Virus record (IMG/VR): IMGVR_UViG_3300032047_002388
Span: 64,140 to 128,139 of that record
Origin: a virus
Strand: one strand, 5' to 3'
Length of the DNA: 64,000 bases
Shown in pieces: positions 9,338 to 24,165 of this stretch; the stretch's first letter is position 1, and every line of letters begins with the position of its first letter. Both the position numbers and the translations under genes were made by a program. The notes under the pieces were generated by a model. The model did no database searches. It saw nothing but the letters and a program-made list of their open reading frames with translations, and was not told the origin of the DNA.

Positions 9338-10482
9338 TGGCATTAGGAGATAAAGAAAGAGCACAAGAATTAATCGAAAAGAATAGTTCGGAAACTGTCA
9401 AGTATTACGAAGAGAATACTAGACAAATCCATCTTGCAGCAAATAAGAAGGATGGAGAATCTGTTGCCTTTCTCGAAGTACCCAAGTATATACCAGAAGA
9501 GATTGAAAAAGCAATTGATATTGGTGTTGATGAACTTGTAAGAAATAGAAAAGATTTACCGGCAGTTGTTCTAAAATCAGTATATGATGAAGTAGTTGCA
9601 GATTTAGCAACTGCAAATGCAAGAATTACAGAACTAGAAACAAACGTTCAAGATTTAACTTCTCAGTTAATAGCAATGACTGCAGATAGAGATACACAAT
9701 TAGAACAAAGAATTGCTGCAGAAACAGCATTGGCAGAACTAGAAAACTTATATATCGCATTATCAGACCAATTTAGAGAAACTGTATTAGAACTTCAAAA
9801 AGCAATTGAACGTTCAACTCAAGAGGCAGTTGAAAGAGTATCACTTGAAGCAAGATTTGAAGCACTACGAGCTCGATTAGAAGCATCTCTATTAGCGATT
9901 GAGGCACAACAAGCTCAAATAGAAGCTGAGATAGAAACTAACTACTTGAACTCATCACTACAACAAGAAAAAAATAATTTTGCATATAAGATTCCTGCAC
10001 TGAATATTACAAATCCTCAAAAAGGTGGATTGTTTATCAATTGGGATTATGGTAACTATAAAAAGGTTAATGGTGGAGAGTTGGTATTCTATAACTTTAC
10101 TGAACAACCAATGACAGTTAGTGTAAGTAAAGTACACCCACAAGGACATAGCGGACAACCTGGTACAATATCTTTACCGAGTTCATTCTCAATCCCTGCG
10201 GGTATTGGGTACAATGAAGATTTAGGAAAAACAGCAACACCTGGTGCCACATCAATCAATTGTGGATTTAAAAGACCTGGTGGATGGAAAGAAGATAATA
10301 CAACTGGTTGGAGAAGATACCCAACTTTAGATATAACGTTTACAAATAACAAGGGTGATTCATTAGAATTATTCTACTCATACTCAAGAGATTACAAGGT
10401 TAAGGCTTATGCACAAGATAATCCAGGTCCAAGAGTACATACAGTAGAAGAGGGAGTTGATGTATCAGCAACAGGTAATTAA
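9337..10482 (+). CDS. Coiled-coil structural protein with C-terminal beta domain
   Basis: Long heptad-rich region at about aa 80-205, in baseplate operon context. Confidence 0.6.
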   Translation: MALGDKERAQELIEKNSSETVKYYEENTRQIHLAANKKDGESVAFLEVPKYIPEEIEKAIDIGVDELVRNRKDLPAVVLKSVYDEVVADLATANARITELETNVQDLTSQLIAMTADRDTQLEQRIAAETALAELENLYIALSDQFRETVLELQKAIERSTQEAVERVSLEARFEALRARLEASLLAIEAQQAQIEAEIETNYLNSSLQQEKNNFAYKIPALNITNPQKGGLFINWDYGNYKKVNGGELVFYNFTEQPMTVSVSKVHPQGHSGQPGTISLPSSFSIPAGIGYNEDLGKTATPGATSINCGFKRPGGWKEDNTTGWRRYPTLDITFTNNKGDSLELFYSYSRDYKVKAYAQDNPGPRVHTVEEGVDVSATGN

Positions 10483-10484
10483 TA

Positions 10485-11843
10485 ATGGCAGTAGAAGATT
10501 TTAAAAATATAGATAAACGCACGGCGTTTAGAGTGTTAGATAAAGATAGAGCTATTATCGAAAGAGGTAAGAAGCTTTCTAGGTTTGGCTCTGGTAAAGA
10601 AGATTTTTTAGAGTTTACACTTTATGATGCATCTGATAACCAATTACCACAAGGAGATAGTGGTGAATTAACACGTCATATATCTTTGAATCAATTAAAC
10701 ATAACTGAATACTTTCTAGTAAAAGATTCAGGTGATGATATCGTAGAATATTTTGTAGATGTAGAAAAATTAATTAGAGAAGCTGGATATAATCAAGGAT
10801 TATTTAAAACACAATTTCAATTACTAAATAATAGAGTAGGTAGATATAATACTGAAAAACTATATATCCATGAAATTGCACCATCACGAACTGAGGTTAG
10901 ATTAGTACCAGTTACAAATCCAGATGGTACAGTTGATGAGGATTTATTTAAAAGATATGATGGATTTACATCAGGTAAAACATTTAGAGATGATGTAGTT
11001 TATTATATAGATGAATTTTTAGATAGTATAAAGTTCAATGATGTAATTGAAAAAATGATAAGTAGATTTGGTAGAGCATATGTAGACCAAATAAAAAAAG
11101 AATTTAATGTACAAAACTTTGAACAACTTATACAAAATGTAACTCTAAAGGTTAGAGAGGCAGTAAGGTATTATGTGGATGGTAAAGATTACAATCCAAA
11201 ATCAATAAATTATGGGAAACCACTTCCTGCAGACCAAGTTGATGATGTGTTTTTAGATATTAATGATATCTTAAAAAATATCCTAAGAATAACTTGTGAT
11301 ATTGTTGATATGTTATTACCTAAGAGAAATGTACAAGATGATAACTTTGTAACTACAGCGTTTGACCCATCGGTTGATGTAAGAGAATTTATAACAGAAC
11401 TTACAAATGACACCACATATGAACCAGTAGTTACTGAAGAAGATAATACAGTTGATGATTATACAGAAGAAGAAACTGAAGAGGAAGAGGATGAGATTGT
11501 AGATGCACCATCTAGTTTAAAGGTGACACCTGTACAAATGACTGTTGGTATTGAAGGAGGACGGAAACAATTTAATGTTGAATCAACATCACCAGTTACA
11601 ATAAGAATAGACCTATTAGATGAAGGTGGATATTATGGTAGTGCTTGGGCTAAATCACTAGTAACAAGTTTACCAGCTGGTAGTACATTATTCCCAATAA
11701 AGTTTAATGGACAACCTTCACCTAGAATAGATGATGGGCCACCACCACCACCACCACGAGGTGGAGGAGGAGGAGGCGGAAGTAGACCTTTACCTGAAGA
11801 AGAAAGATTTAGATTACCAAAACAGTTCGAACAATTAAGGTAG
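10485..11843 (+). CDS. Baseplate/tail-associated protein ending in an incomplete BACON-like domain and a P6-R-G7 tract
   Basis: LYIHEIAPSRTEVRL motif, an acidic linker, then LKVTPVQMTVGIEGG..FNVEST...W...SPR. Confidence 0.6.
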   Translation: MAVEDFKNIDKRTAFRVLDKDRAIIERGKKLSRFGSGKEDFLEFTLYDASDNQLPQGDSGELTRHISLNQLNITEYFLVKDSGDDIVEYFVDVEKLIREAGYNQGLFKTQFQLLNNRVGRYNTEKLYIHEIAPSRTEVRLVPVTNPDGTVDEDLFKRYDGFTSGKTFRDDVVYYIDEFLDSIKFNDVIEKMISRFGRAYVDQIKKEFNVQNFEQLIQNVTLKVREAVRYYVDGKDYNPKSINYGKPLPADQVDDVFLDINDILKNILRITCDIVDMLLPKRNVQDDNFVTTAFDPSVDVREFITELTNDTTYEPVVTEEDNTVDDYTEEETEEEEDEIVDAPSSLKVTPVQMTVGIEGGRKQFNVESTSPVTIRIDLLDEGGYYGSAWAKSLVTSLPAGSTLFPIKFNGQPSPRIDDGPPPPPPRGGGGGGGSRPLPEEERFRLPKQFEQLR

Positions 11844-11848
11844 TGAGA

Positions 11849-11856
11849 TATTTATA
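11849..11856 (+). promoter_or_regulatory. Putative late promoter TATTTATA
   Basis: Motif sits in a 19-nt intergenic gap before ATG 11863. Confidence 0.65.
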
Positions 11857-11862
11857 TAAGAG

Positions 11863-12219
11863 ATGATTGCACCAACTAACATAATAAAAAATTTTAGAAG
11901 AGTAAAGATAACATTTACGAATCAAGAGGGGGATACCAAATCTATCGTGGTTAAACAAACACTTACACCACAACTAGATGATATTAGAATAGATGATACT
12001 CCACCTGACCCAATTGATTTAGGTCCAATTGATTTTGATGATATCGTAATAAAACCATTTGACTTAGGTGATTTGGATTTTAATTTCGATTTTGATTTCG
12101 ATTTCGGGCCTATTGATTTAGGATTTAACAATGTACTTGGTGATATAGGATATACAGGCACAGGTCTTAAACTACCAGGTTCTGCAAGAGGAAGTAGTAA
12201 CAGATGGGGTACATATTAG
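11863..12219 (+). CDS. Small protein with BACON-like terminal strands and Asp/Phe-rich low-complexity repeats
   Basis: RRVKITFTNQEGDTKSIVVKQ followed by IDLGPIDFDD...DFNFDFDFDFGPIDLG. Confidence 0.6.
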   Translation: MIAPTNIIKNFRRVKITFTNQEGDTKSIVVKQTLTPQLDDIRIDDTPPDPIDLGPIDFDDIVIKPFDLGDLDFNFDFDFDFGPIDLGFNNVLGDIGYTGTGLKLPGSARGSSNRWGTY

Positions 12220-12231
12220 TAGGAAGTAAGG

Positions 12232-18714
<6,483 letters not shown>

Positions 18715-18736
18715 TATTTAAAATTAAAAAATGTTA

Positions 18737-18744
18737 TATTTATA
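18737..18744 (+). promoter_or_regulatory. Putative late promoter TATTTATA
   Basis: Recurrent intergenic motif upstream of ATG 18773. Confidence 0.7.
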
Positions 18745-18772
18745 TACTGAAAGGTAAAAGGAAAAACAAACT

Positions 18773-19396
18773 ATGGCTTACTTAGACAATACTTCGATAA
18801 CAGTAGATGCAATCCTAACAAAGAAAGGTAGAGAGAAATTAGCTGCCGGACAAGGATTGAACATTACACAATTTGCGTTGGCCGATGACGAGATTGATTA
18901 TGGTTTATACGAACCAGCTCATCCAAAAGGCTCAGCGTTTTATGATTCAGCAATTAAAGCAATACCAGTACTTGAAGCTTCACCAGATGAAACTCAAGTA
19001 ATGAGATATAAATTGGTAACACTACCAAAGAATACAACTCGTATTCCAAAAGTTTCTTTTGGTGTACCTAACATTTCTGTTAGTCAAGATGAGGGAGAAG
19101 TTGCATTAACACCAACTACTTCACCAAGTGGTAACACAACTGCAGGTTATACTGTTGTATTGGCAAACAAAGAAGCTGGAAGTATTATCGGAAGTGGTAC
19201 AACAACTTCTGCTGGAACTTCACCAATCTTCTTAGGAGATGAAGTAACAACAACAGCAGCCGTAGTTACGGGTAGAGTATTTAAGTTTATACCAAACCCT
19301 AATTTAACATCAACTATTCAAACTACTATTACTGTTTATGGTAATGAGACCGGAGGGTCACAAACAATACCAGTCACAGTAAAATATGTAGCATAA
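18773..19396 (+). CDS. Tail/baseplate structural protein resembling the N-terminal half of DUF3751 (tail-collar fibre)
   Basis: AILTKKGREKLA...LNITQFALADDEIDY. Confidence 0.55.
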   Translation: MAYLDNTSITVDAILTKKGREKLAAGQGLNITQFALADDEIDYGLYEPAHPKGSAFYDSAIKAIPVLEASPDETQVMRYKLVTLPKNTTRIPKVSFGVPNISVSQDEGEVALTPTTSPSGNTTAGYTVVLANKEAGSIIGSGTTTSAGTSPIFLGDEVTTTAAVVTGRVFKFIPNPNLTSTIQTTITVYGNETGGSQTIPVTVKYVA

Positions 19397-19413
19397 AAGG
19401 AAAAATATAAGAT

Positions 19414-20607
19414 ATGGCCACAGTAACAGGACAAGACGGAAGAAATCTAACATCAGCAATTCAAAATTATTTGAATCAGACTGGTGGTGCAGTTGCATCT
19501 GAACAGTTAGTTAACATTTTAAATCAATACCTACAAGGTGGTGATAAAATCTCAACCGCAGGTGGGAACATCAACAATGGTATCTTCAAGAAATTTGGAG
19601 AGTTCGATACAGTATCGGGTAAGATAGAAGTAGTAACAACTGGTCTTTGGACTGGCGATACTGGTTCGTTAACATCTTTCTTTACTGCATCTAATCAAAC
19701 AACTGCTGCAAGTGGTGATTATTACTACAACGTATATAATTCAGCTGCCACTTCATCTAATCAGTTTGCTGTAGCATATGGACACGTTAGTGGTAGTGGT
19801 TCTATTTCCTTGGCCAATAGTGATGACGCAACCTTTCCTTCAAAAGCTACTTACAACCAATATAGAAGTGTACTACTTGACCAAACAGATACTTTATTTA
19901 CAGTATTAGGTTCTGATGGTACAGATTCAGTAGATATTCCAGATATCTATGTAATCAATGTTGCAAGAGCAAGATATAAAGAATCTATGGATGCTGGTAA
20001 CTGGTCATTGAAACTTAGTGGTTCACATGCACCATTCGTTACAACACTTATAGATAATAGTGGAAAGAAATTTTCGGATAAAGTTGGAAAAGCCGGTAGA
20101 GTATTTGATGTAGTAAGTGGTTCTCTTAACTTAGGAACTGATGTAGCTGCAACAGTACATTCTACAACTGCTTCAAATGGACAAGGATTTGGTAAATTTT
20201 ATCCAGACCAAGGGTTAATTATTCTTAACCCAACTGCAGTATCTGCTTCAATTGGTGTTGAACCAAACTTGGCAGTAAATGCTGAATATGAAAATCATGG
20301 ACAATTATATAACGCAATCGTTAGTGGAGGAGATTTCGAAGCAAGAAGAACAGAAAACGTTTCTACCTCACATTACTTCGTAAGAGCAACTAACAGAGAG
20401 TTTAACTACTCTAATAACCCAACATTCATAAGTGGTTCAGATAGTTCAATTAAATACGAGGCATTCAAGAAAGACCCTAAAGTATTTATTACTTCAGTAG
20501 GTTTATATAACGATGCATCTGAATTACTTGCAATTGCAAAAACATCAAAGCCGATTGCTAAATCATTCGACAAAGAAGTTCTAATCAAAGTAAAACTTGA
20601 TTTCTAA
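19414..20607 (+). CDS. Tail/baseplate structural protein with DUF3751-like C-terminal motif
   Basis: C-terminal EFNYSNNP...FITSVGLYNDASELLAIAK.SKPI.K...IKVKLDF. Confidence 0.6.
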   Translation: MATVTGQDGRNLTSAIQNYLNQTGGAVASEQLVNILNQYLQGGDKISTAGGNINNGIFKKFGEFDTVSGKIEVVTTGLWTGDTGSLTSFFTASNQTTAASGDYYYNVYNSAATSSNQFAVAYGHVSGSGSISLANSDDATFPSKATYNQYRSVLLDQTDTLFTVLGSDGTDSVDIPDIYVINVARARYKESMDAGNWSLKLSGSHAPFVTTLIDNSGKKFSDKVGKAGRVFDVVSGSLNLGTDVAATVHSTTASNGQGFGKFYPDQGLIILNPTAVSASIGVEPNLAVNAEYENHGQLYNAIVSGGDFEARRTENVSTSHYFVRATNREFNYSNNPTFISGSDSSIKYEAFKKDPKVFITSVGLYNDASELLAIAKTSKPIAKSFDKEVLIKVKLDF

Positions 20608-20627
20608 AAGTAACTTCTCAAACTACT

Positions 20628-20652
20628 AACCCCACCACGAGTGGGGTTTTTT
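20628..20652 (+). terminator. Rho-independent terminator
   Basis: AACCCCAC-cacga-GTGGGGTT followed by a T run. Confidence 0.85.
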
Positions 20653-20661
20653 ATTTCTACA

Positions 20662-20669
20662 TATTTATA
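20662..20669 (+). promoter_or_regulatory. Putative late promoter TATTTATA
   Basis: Follows the terminator and precedes ATG 20685. Confidence 0.7.
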
Positions 20670-20684
20670 TAGAGGGATAACTAT

Positions 20685-21842
20685 ATGTTTAAAAAAATAC
20701 CACAAGACCAAGTAGTTCGTAGAACATTTCAAGTTAACAAGGAAGTAAAGTTAACTCAAGATGATGTTGATGTATATCAAGTACATGATGTTGCTGGTGC
20801 ATATGATGTAGATACAGACCCGGTCGTTGGAGCGAGTGGAAGTTTTGTTGGATTCTCTAAACGAGCAATTTACAATTCAACAAAAGCTAGATATTATAAT
20901 CTATCTGCTTCATTATTTGAACACGCAGGAGGATTTACAAGTAAACAAGTATATGTAACTGAGGCACCAACAACAATGAGTGTTCTTTCCTTTTCACAAT
21001 GTGTAAGGGGTGAGGCAATATTACCTGGTTCATTTGAGTTAGTAGATAGTGGTAGTGGATTAACTATCGTTGATAACGAAGATAGTAGTACAATAACAAA
21101 TACTTCACCAGAATACAATTACACATCGTTTGATTTTTCAACTGGTATTATGATATTAGATGATGATGACAATACAGAAATATTAATTGAATCTATTGAT
21201 TTTAACACTGGCGAGGTTGAGGTATCTTATGATGGTGTAAGTGAATCACCAAATCCAACATTGGTAACGTTAAATCAAGGTTCTAATAAAATCTCATTTT
21301 CTACACCATTAACAATATTAGACCAAGTAGATGGTGCAACAGAAACCTATGGACAGTTATTCCAACAAAGTGGTGATTTAATTCTTGATACTGGTACTAA
21401 TCCAGATATGTTACAAGAATTCGAATTAAAATTTAAATCAACAACAACAATATCAGAACTAGAAGTATTAGTTAGTATAGATGCTGGAGAGTTTACAACA
21501 TCAACAAACCCAACAGCAGTAGATTATTTTAACATAACAACTCAATCTTTTGAACATACACAAACAGATGAAAGAGGTAATCCTTATGTTGAAAATATAA
21601 AAAACTTTACTCCTAGAAAAAAATCCTATATTTATAGTAGCTATGGAAATGCAACAGGTAGTTTTGATGACTACAATGCAAGTAGTTCATATGACCCAAC
21701 CGGTTCGTATTTAACAACTTATGTTACATCCATAGGGTTATATAATGATGATTCGGAGTTATTGGCAATTGCAAAAGTTGCAAGACCTGTAAAAATACTT
21801 CCTGATTATCCAATTAATTTTTTAATAAAACTGGACACATAA
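20685..21842 (+). CDS. Structural protein, paralog of 19414-20607
   Basis: C-terminal EF..STNPT...YVTSIGLYNDDSELLAIAK..RPVK...IKLD matches the preceding gene. Confidence 0.65.
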   Translation: MFKKIPQDQVVRRTFQVNKEVKLTQDDVDVYQVHDVAGAYDVDTDPVVGASGSFVGFSKRAIYNSTKARYYNLSASLFEHAGGFTSKQVYVTEAPTTMSVLSFSQCVRGEAILPGSFELVDSGSGLTIVDNEDSSTITNTSPEYNYTSFDFSTGIMILDDDDNTEILIESIDFNTGEVEVSYDGVSESPNPTLVTLNQGSNKISFSTPLTILDQVDGATETYGQLFQQSGDLILDTGTNPDMLQEFELKFKSTTTISELEVLVSIDAGEFTTSTNPTAVDYFNITTQSFEHTQTDERGNPYVENIKNFTPRKKSYIYSSYGNATGSFDDYNASSSYDPTGSYLTTYVTSIGLYNDDSELLAIAKVARPVKILPDYPINFLIKLDT

Positions 21843-21844
21843 TT

Positions 21845-22018
21845 ATGGCTTATCAAATTTTAGACAAAGACCAAAACGTATTAGAAACTGTTGAAAATAT
21901 CGAGGAGTGGATTACTTCACAAGGTGAAGGACAAATCTATGCTTATGATGATGGAATTTTTGACGCAGAGTACATCTCAGGTAACGCAGACGCAAAAGTA
22001 TTTAAACTCGTAGAATAA
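21845..22018 (+). CDS. Small acidic hypothetical protein (57 aa, not in the ORF track)
   Basis: MAYQILDKDQNVLETVENIEEW...VFKLVE*; fills the gap between neighbouring genes almost exactly. Confidence 0.7.
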   Translation: MAYQILDKDQNVLETVENIEEWITSQGEGQIYAYDDGIFDAEYISGNADAKVFKLVE

Positions 22019-22020
22019 TC

Positions 22021-22203
22021 ATGGCATCAATAGAAGATTTATATAAAGGCTCAGATTACTCAAAATATCCACTAGGTAAAGATAAGGATAAAACTCCTAT
22101 CGAACTTGATGGTGGTAAAGAATTGAGAAAAGAGTCAAACCTAGAAAGAGCTAGAGGCGGTAAAGTAAACCTCAGCAAATACTCCGATTCAGTAAAAAGA
22201 TAA
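22021..22203 (+). CDS. Small hypothetical protein
   Basis: 60-aa ORF tightly packed in the operon. Confidence 0.65.
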   Translation: MASIEDLYKGSDYSKYPLGKDKDKTPIELDGGKELRKESNLERARGGKVNLSKYSDSVKR

Positions 22204-22206
22204 TAC

Positions 22207-22770
22207 TTGGCACTTTTATCATCGGATAAATGGTTATACGTTCATGTACCCAAAACAGGAGGTACATCGTTGTCTCACATTTTACAAAAGTATAAATGTG
22301 ATTTTCTTTCAACACATGGACGTTTAAACTCTCAAAGGAACTTGGGGAACAAATTTGTATTTGGATTCGTTAGAAACCCATTTACACGATTTGCATCATT
22401 GTTTTATTCACATATTCGTGAACATGGAAAGATTCCTATTGAGCAATTTATAGAAAACCATCAAGAATGGGATTACTTTTTTGATACTCAAACTGATTGG
22501 TTGGAATATAATGGAAAGTTAGATAGAATAGATTATGTTGGAAAGTATGAAAATCTTGATTCAAGTTTAAAATATATTTTTGACAAGATTGATATAGAAC
22601 CAACAACTCTACCATATCTAAATCAGAATACTATAAAAGATACATTTCCAAATATGGATATGTATGATTATTACAAAAAAAGATGTTACACAAATCCTAA
22701 AGTTGTACAATTCGTAAGAAATAAATACAGAAAGGATTTCCAAAATTTTGACTATGGCATGGCACTATAA
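22207..22770 (+). CDS. PAPS-dependent sulfotransferase (Sulfotransfer_2-like)
   Basis: 5'-PSB motif YVHVPKTGGTS, 3'-PB motif FVRNPF.R..S, YVGKYENL and Y..DF..F.Y; TTG start. Confidence 0.85.
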   Translation: MALLSSDKWLYVHVPKTGGTSLSHILQKYKCDFLSTHGRLNSQRNLGNKFVFGFVRNPFTRFASLFYSHIREHGKIPIEQFIENHQEWDYFFDTQTDWLEYNGKLDRIDYVGKYENLDSSLKYIFDKIDIEPTTLPYLNQNTIKDTFPNMDMYDYYKKRCYTNPKVVQFVRNKYRKDFQNFDYGMAL

Positions 22771-23149
22771 TGGTAAACCAGTAAATGAACTTTCAGATAT
22801 GCCAGATGGTACTATCGGATTCATATACAAAATTACAAACAAAGAAACTGGCCAATTCTATATTGGTAAAAAATCTTTATATTCACATAGAACACTACCA
22901 CCATTAAAAGGATATAAAAGAAAAAGAAAAGTTATAAAAGAATCTAAATGGGTTGATTACAACTCTTCTAATAAAGAAGTACAAGGGTGGTTAGAGACAC
23001 ACAAACAAATTCTAAAATACTGTACTACTAAAAAATCACTAACATATTACGAACTAAAAGAACAATTTAGACATGATTGTTTAGAAAGAGAAGAATCATT
23101 AAATGATAATCTACTAGGTAAGTTTTTTAGAAAGGATTTAGAATTTTAG
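22748..23149 (+). CDS. GIY-YIG family nuclease
   Basis: GFIYKITN....YIGKK motif with the conserved downstream Glu and Asn (LTYYE, LNDN). The start may be 22754. Confidence 0.7.
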   Translation: MTMAWHYNGKPVNELSDMPDGTIGFIYKITNKETGQFYIGKKSLYSHRTLPPLKGYKRKRKVIKESKWVDYNSSNKEVQGWLETHKQILKYCTTKKSLTYYELKEQFRHDCLEREESLNDNLLGKFFRKDLEF

Positions 23150-23170
23150 CAAAAAAAATTAAAAATGCCA

Positions 23171-23200
23171 TTGAGCTTTCAAATATTTTTATTATATTAG
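23171..23200 (+). promoter_or_regulatory. Putative Bacteroidota-type housekeeping-sigma promoter (TTG-N19-TATATTAG)
   Basis: Matches the Flavobacterium -33 TTG / -7 TAnnTTTG consensus with a 19-nt spacer and one mismatch. Lies upstream of primase, where the TATTTATA motif is absent. Confidence 0.5.
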
Positions 23201-23220
23201 CTCTGTAAATTGTACAAATA

Positions 23221-24165
23221 ATGCTATCACAACGAGATAAGTCGGTTATAATTAACATATTGGATGATATATTAGGAGTAGGTACTTCTATGAAGGGTGA
23301 TGAACAAGCACATCATTGTCCATTCTGTCATCATCATAAAAAGAAATTACAAATAAACTTAAATACACAACAATGGCATTGTTGGGTTTGTGATGCAAAA
23401 GGTAAAAAGATTCAAACTCTCTTAAAACGATTGCATGTTGATTCTAAGAGAATTAGAAAAGTTTACGAAATATATGGTGATGATTATATTATTTCATCAA
23501 CATCTACCAAAGAAGAAAAGGTAGAACTAAGGTTACCCTCAGAGTTTAAATCTCTACTAGAAAAACCAAAAGGATTATTCAATCCTACATACAAAAAGGC
23601 TATTCAGTATGCAAAGGAGAGAGGTATTACTAAGGAAGATATTATTCGTTATAATATTGGTTATTGTGATAGTGGTATTTACACCAATCGTATTATTATT
23701 CCGAGTTATGATGGAGATAGTAGACTCAATTACTTCATCGCAAGGTCTGTATTCTCTGAGGAAAAGTTTAAATACAAAAATCCGCCAGTATCGAAGAATG
23801 TTACCATATTCGAAAATCAAATCAACTGGCAAGAACCTATTACACTTTGTGAAGGAGTTTTTGATGCAATAGCAATCAAAAGAAATGCTATTCCTTTATT
23901 AGGTAAATTTATACCAAAAACCCTAATGGATAGTATATATAAAAAGGGGATAAAAGAAATAAAAATTCTATTAGATAAAGATGCACAAAACCAAGCACTT
24001 TATTATGTAAATTATTTTATGAACAATGGAATTACAGTTACAAATGTACTACCTACCGAAAAAGATGCAGGAGAAATGGGATTCTCTGACGTTAATAAAA
24101 TACTAAAAGATACTAAAAAAACCATGTTTGAAGATGTGGTGTTACAGAAACTAAAAGGTTTATGA
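23221..24165 (+). CDS. DNA primase (zinc finger + TOPRIM)
   Basis: CPFC...WHCWVC zinc finger, RG I, RIIIP, KYKN, LCEGVFDA and LD.DA. Confidence 0.9.
   Translation: MLSQRDKSVIINILDDILGVGTSMKGDEQAHHCPFCHHHKKKLQINLNTQQWHCWVCDAKGKKIQTLLKRLHVDSKRIRKVYEIYGDDYIISSTSTKEEKVELRLPSEFKSLLEKPKGLFNPTYKKAIQYAKERGITKEDIIRYNIGYCDSGIYTNRIIIPSYDGDSRLNYFIARSVFSEEKFKYKNPPVSKNVTIFENQINWQEPITLCEGVFDAIAIKRNAIPLLGKFIPKTLMDSIYKKGIKEIKILLDKDAQNQALYYVNYFMNNGITVTNVLPTEKDAGEMGFSDVNKILKDTKKTMFEDVVLQKLKGL

Noticed and set aside
11740-11863. Ribosomal frameshift or gene-60-like hop rejoining the split BACON domain
   Set aside because: The downstream frame has stops at 11836 and 11857, there is no convincing matched landing codon, and a promoter motif occupies the gap.
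22748-23149. Mobile homing endonuclease element
   Set aside because: Only a short GIY-YIG catalytic domain is present, with no DNA-binding repeats or intron context, so mobility cannot be supported.
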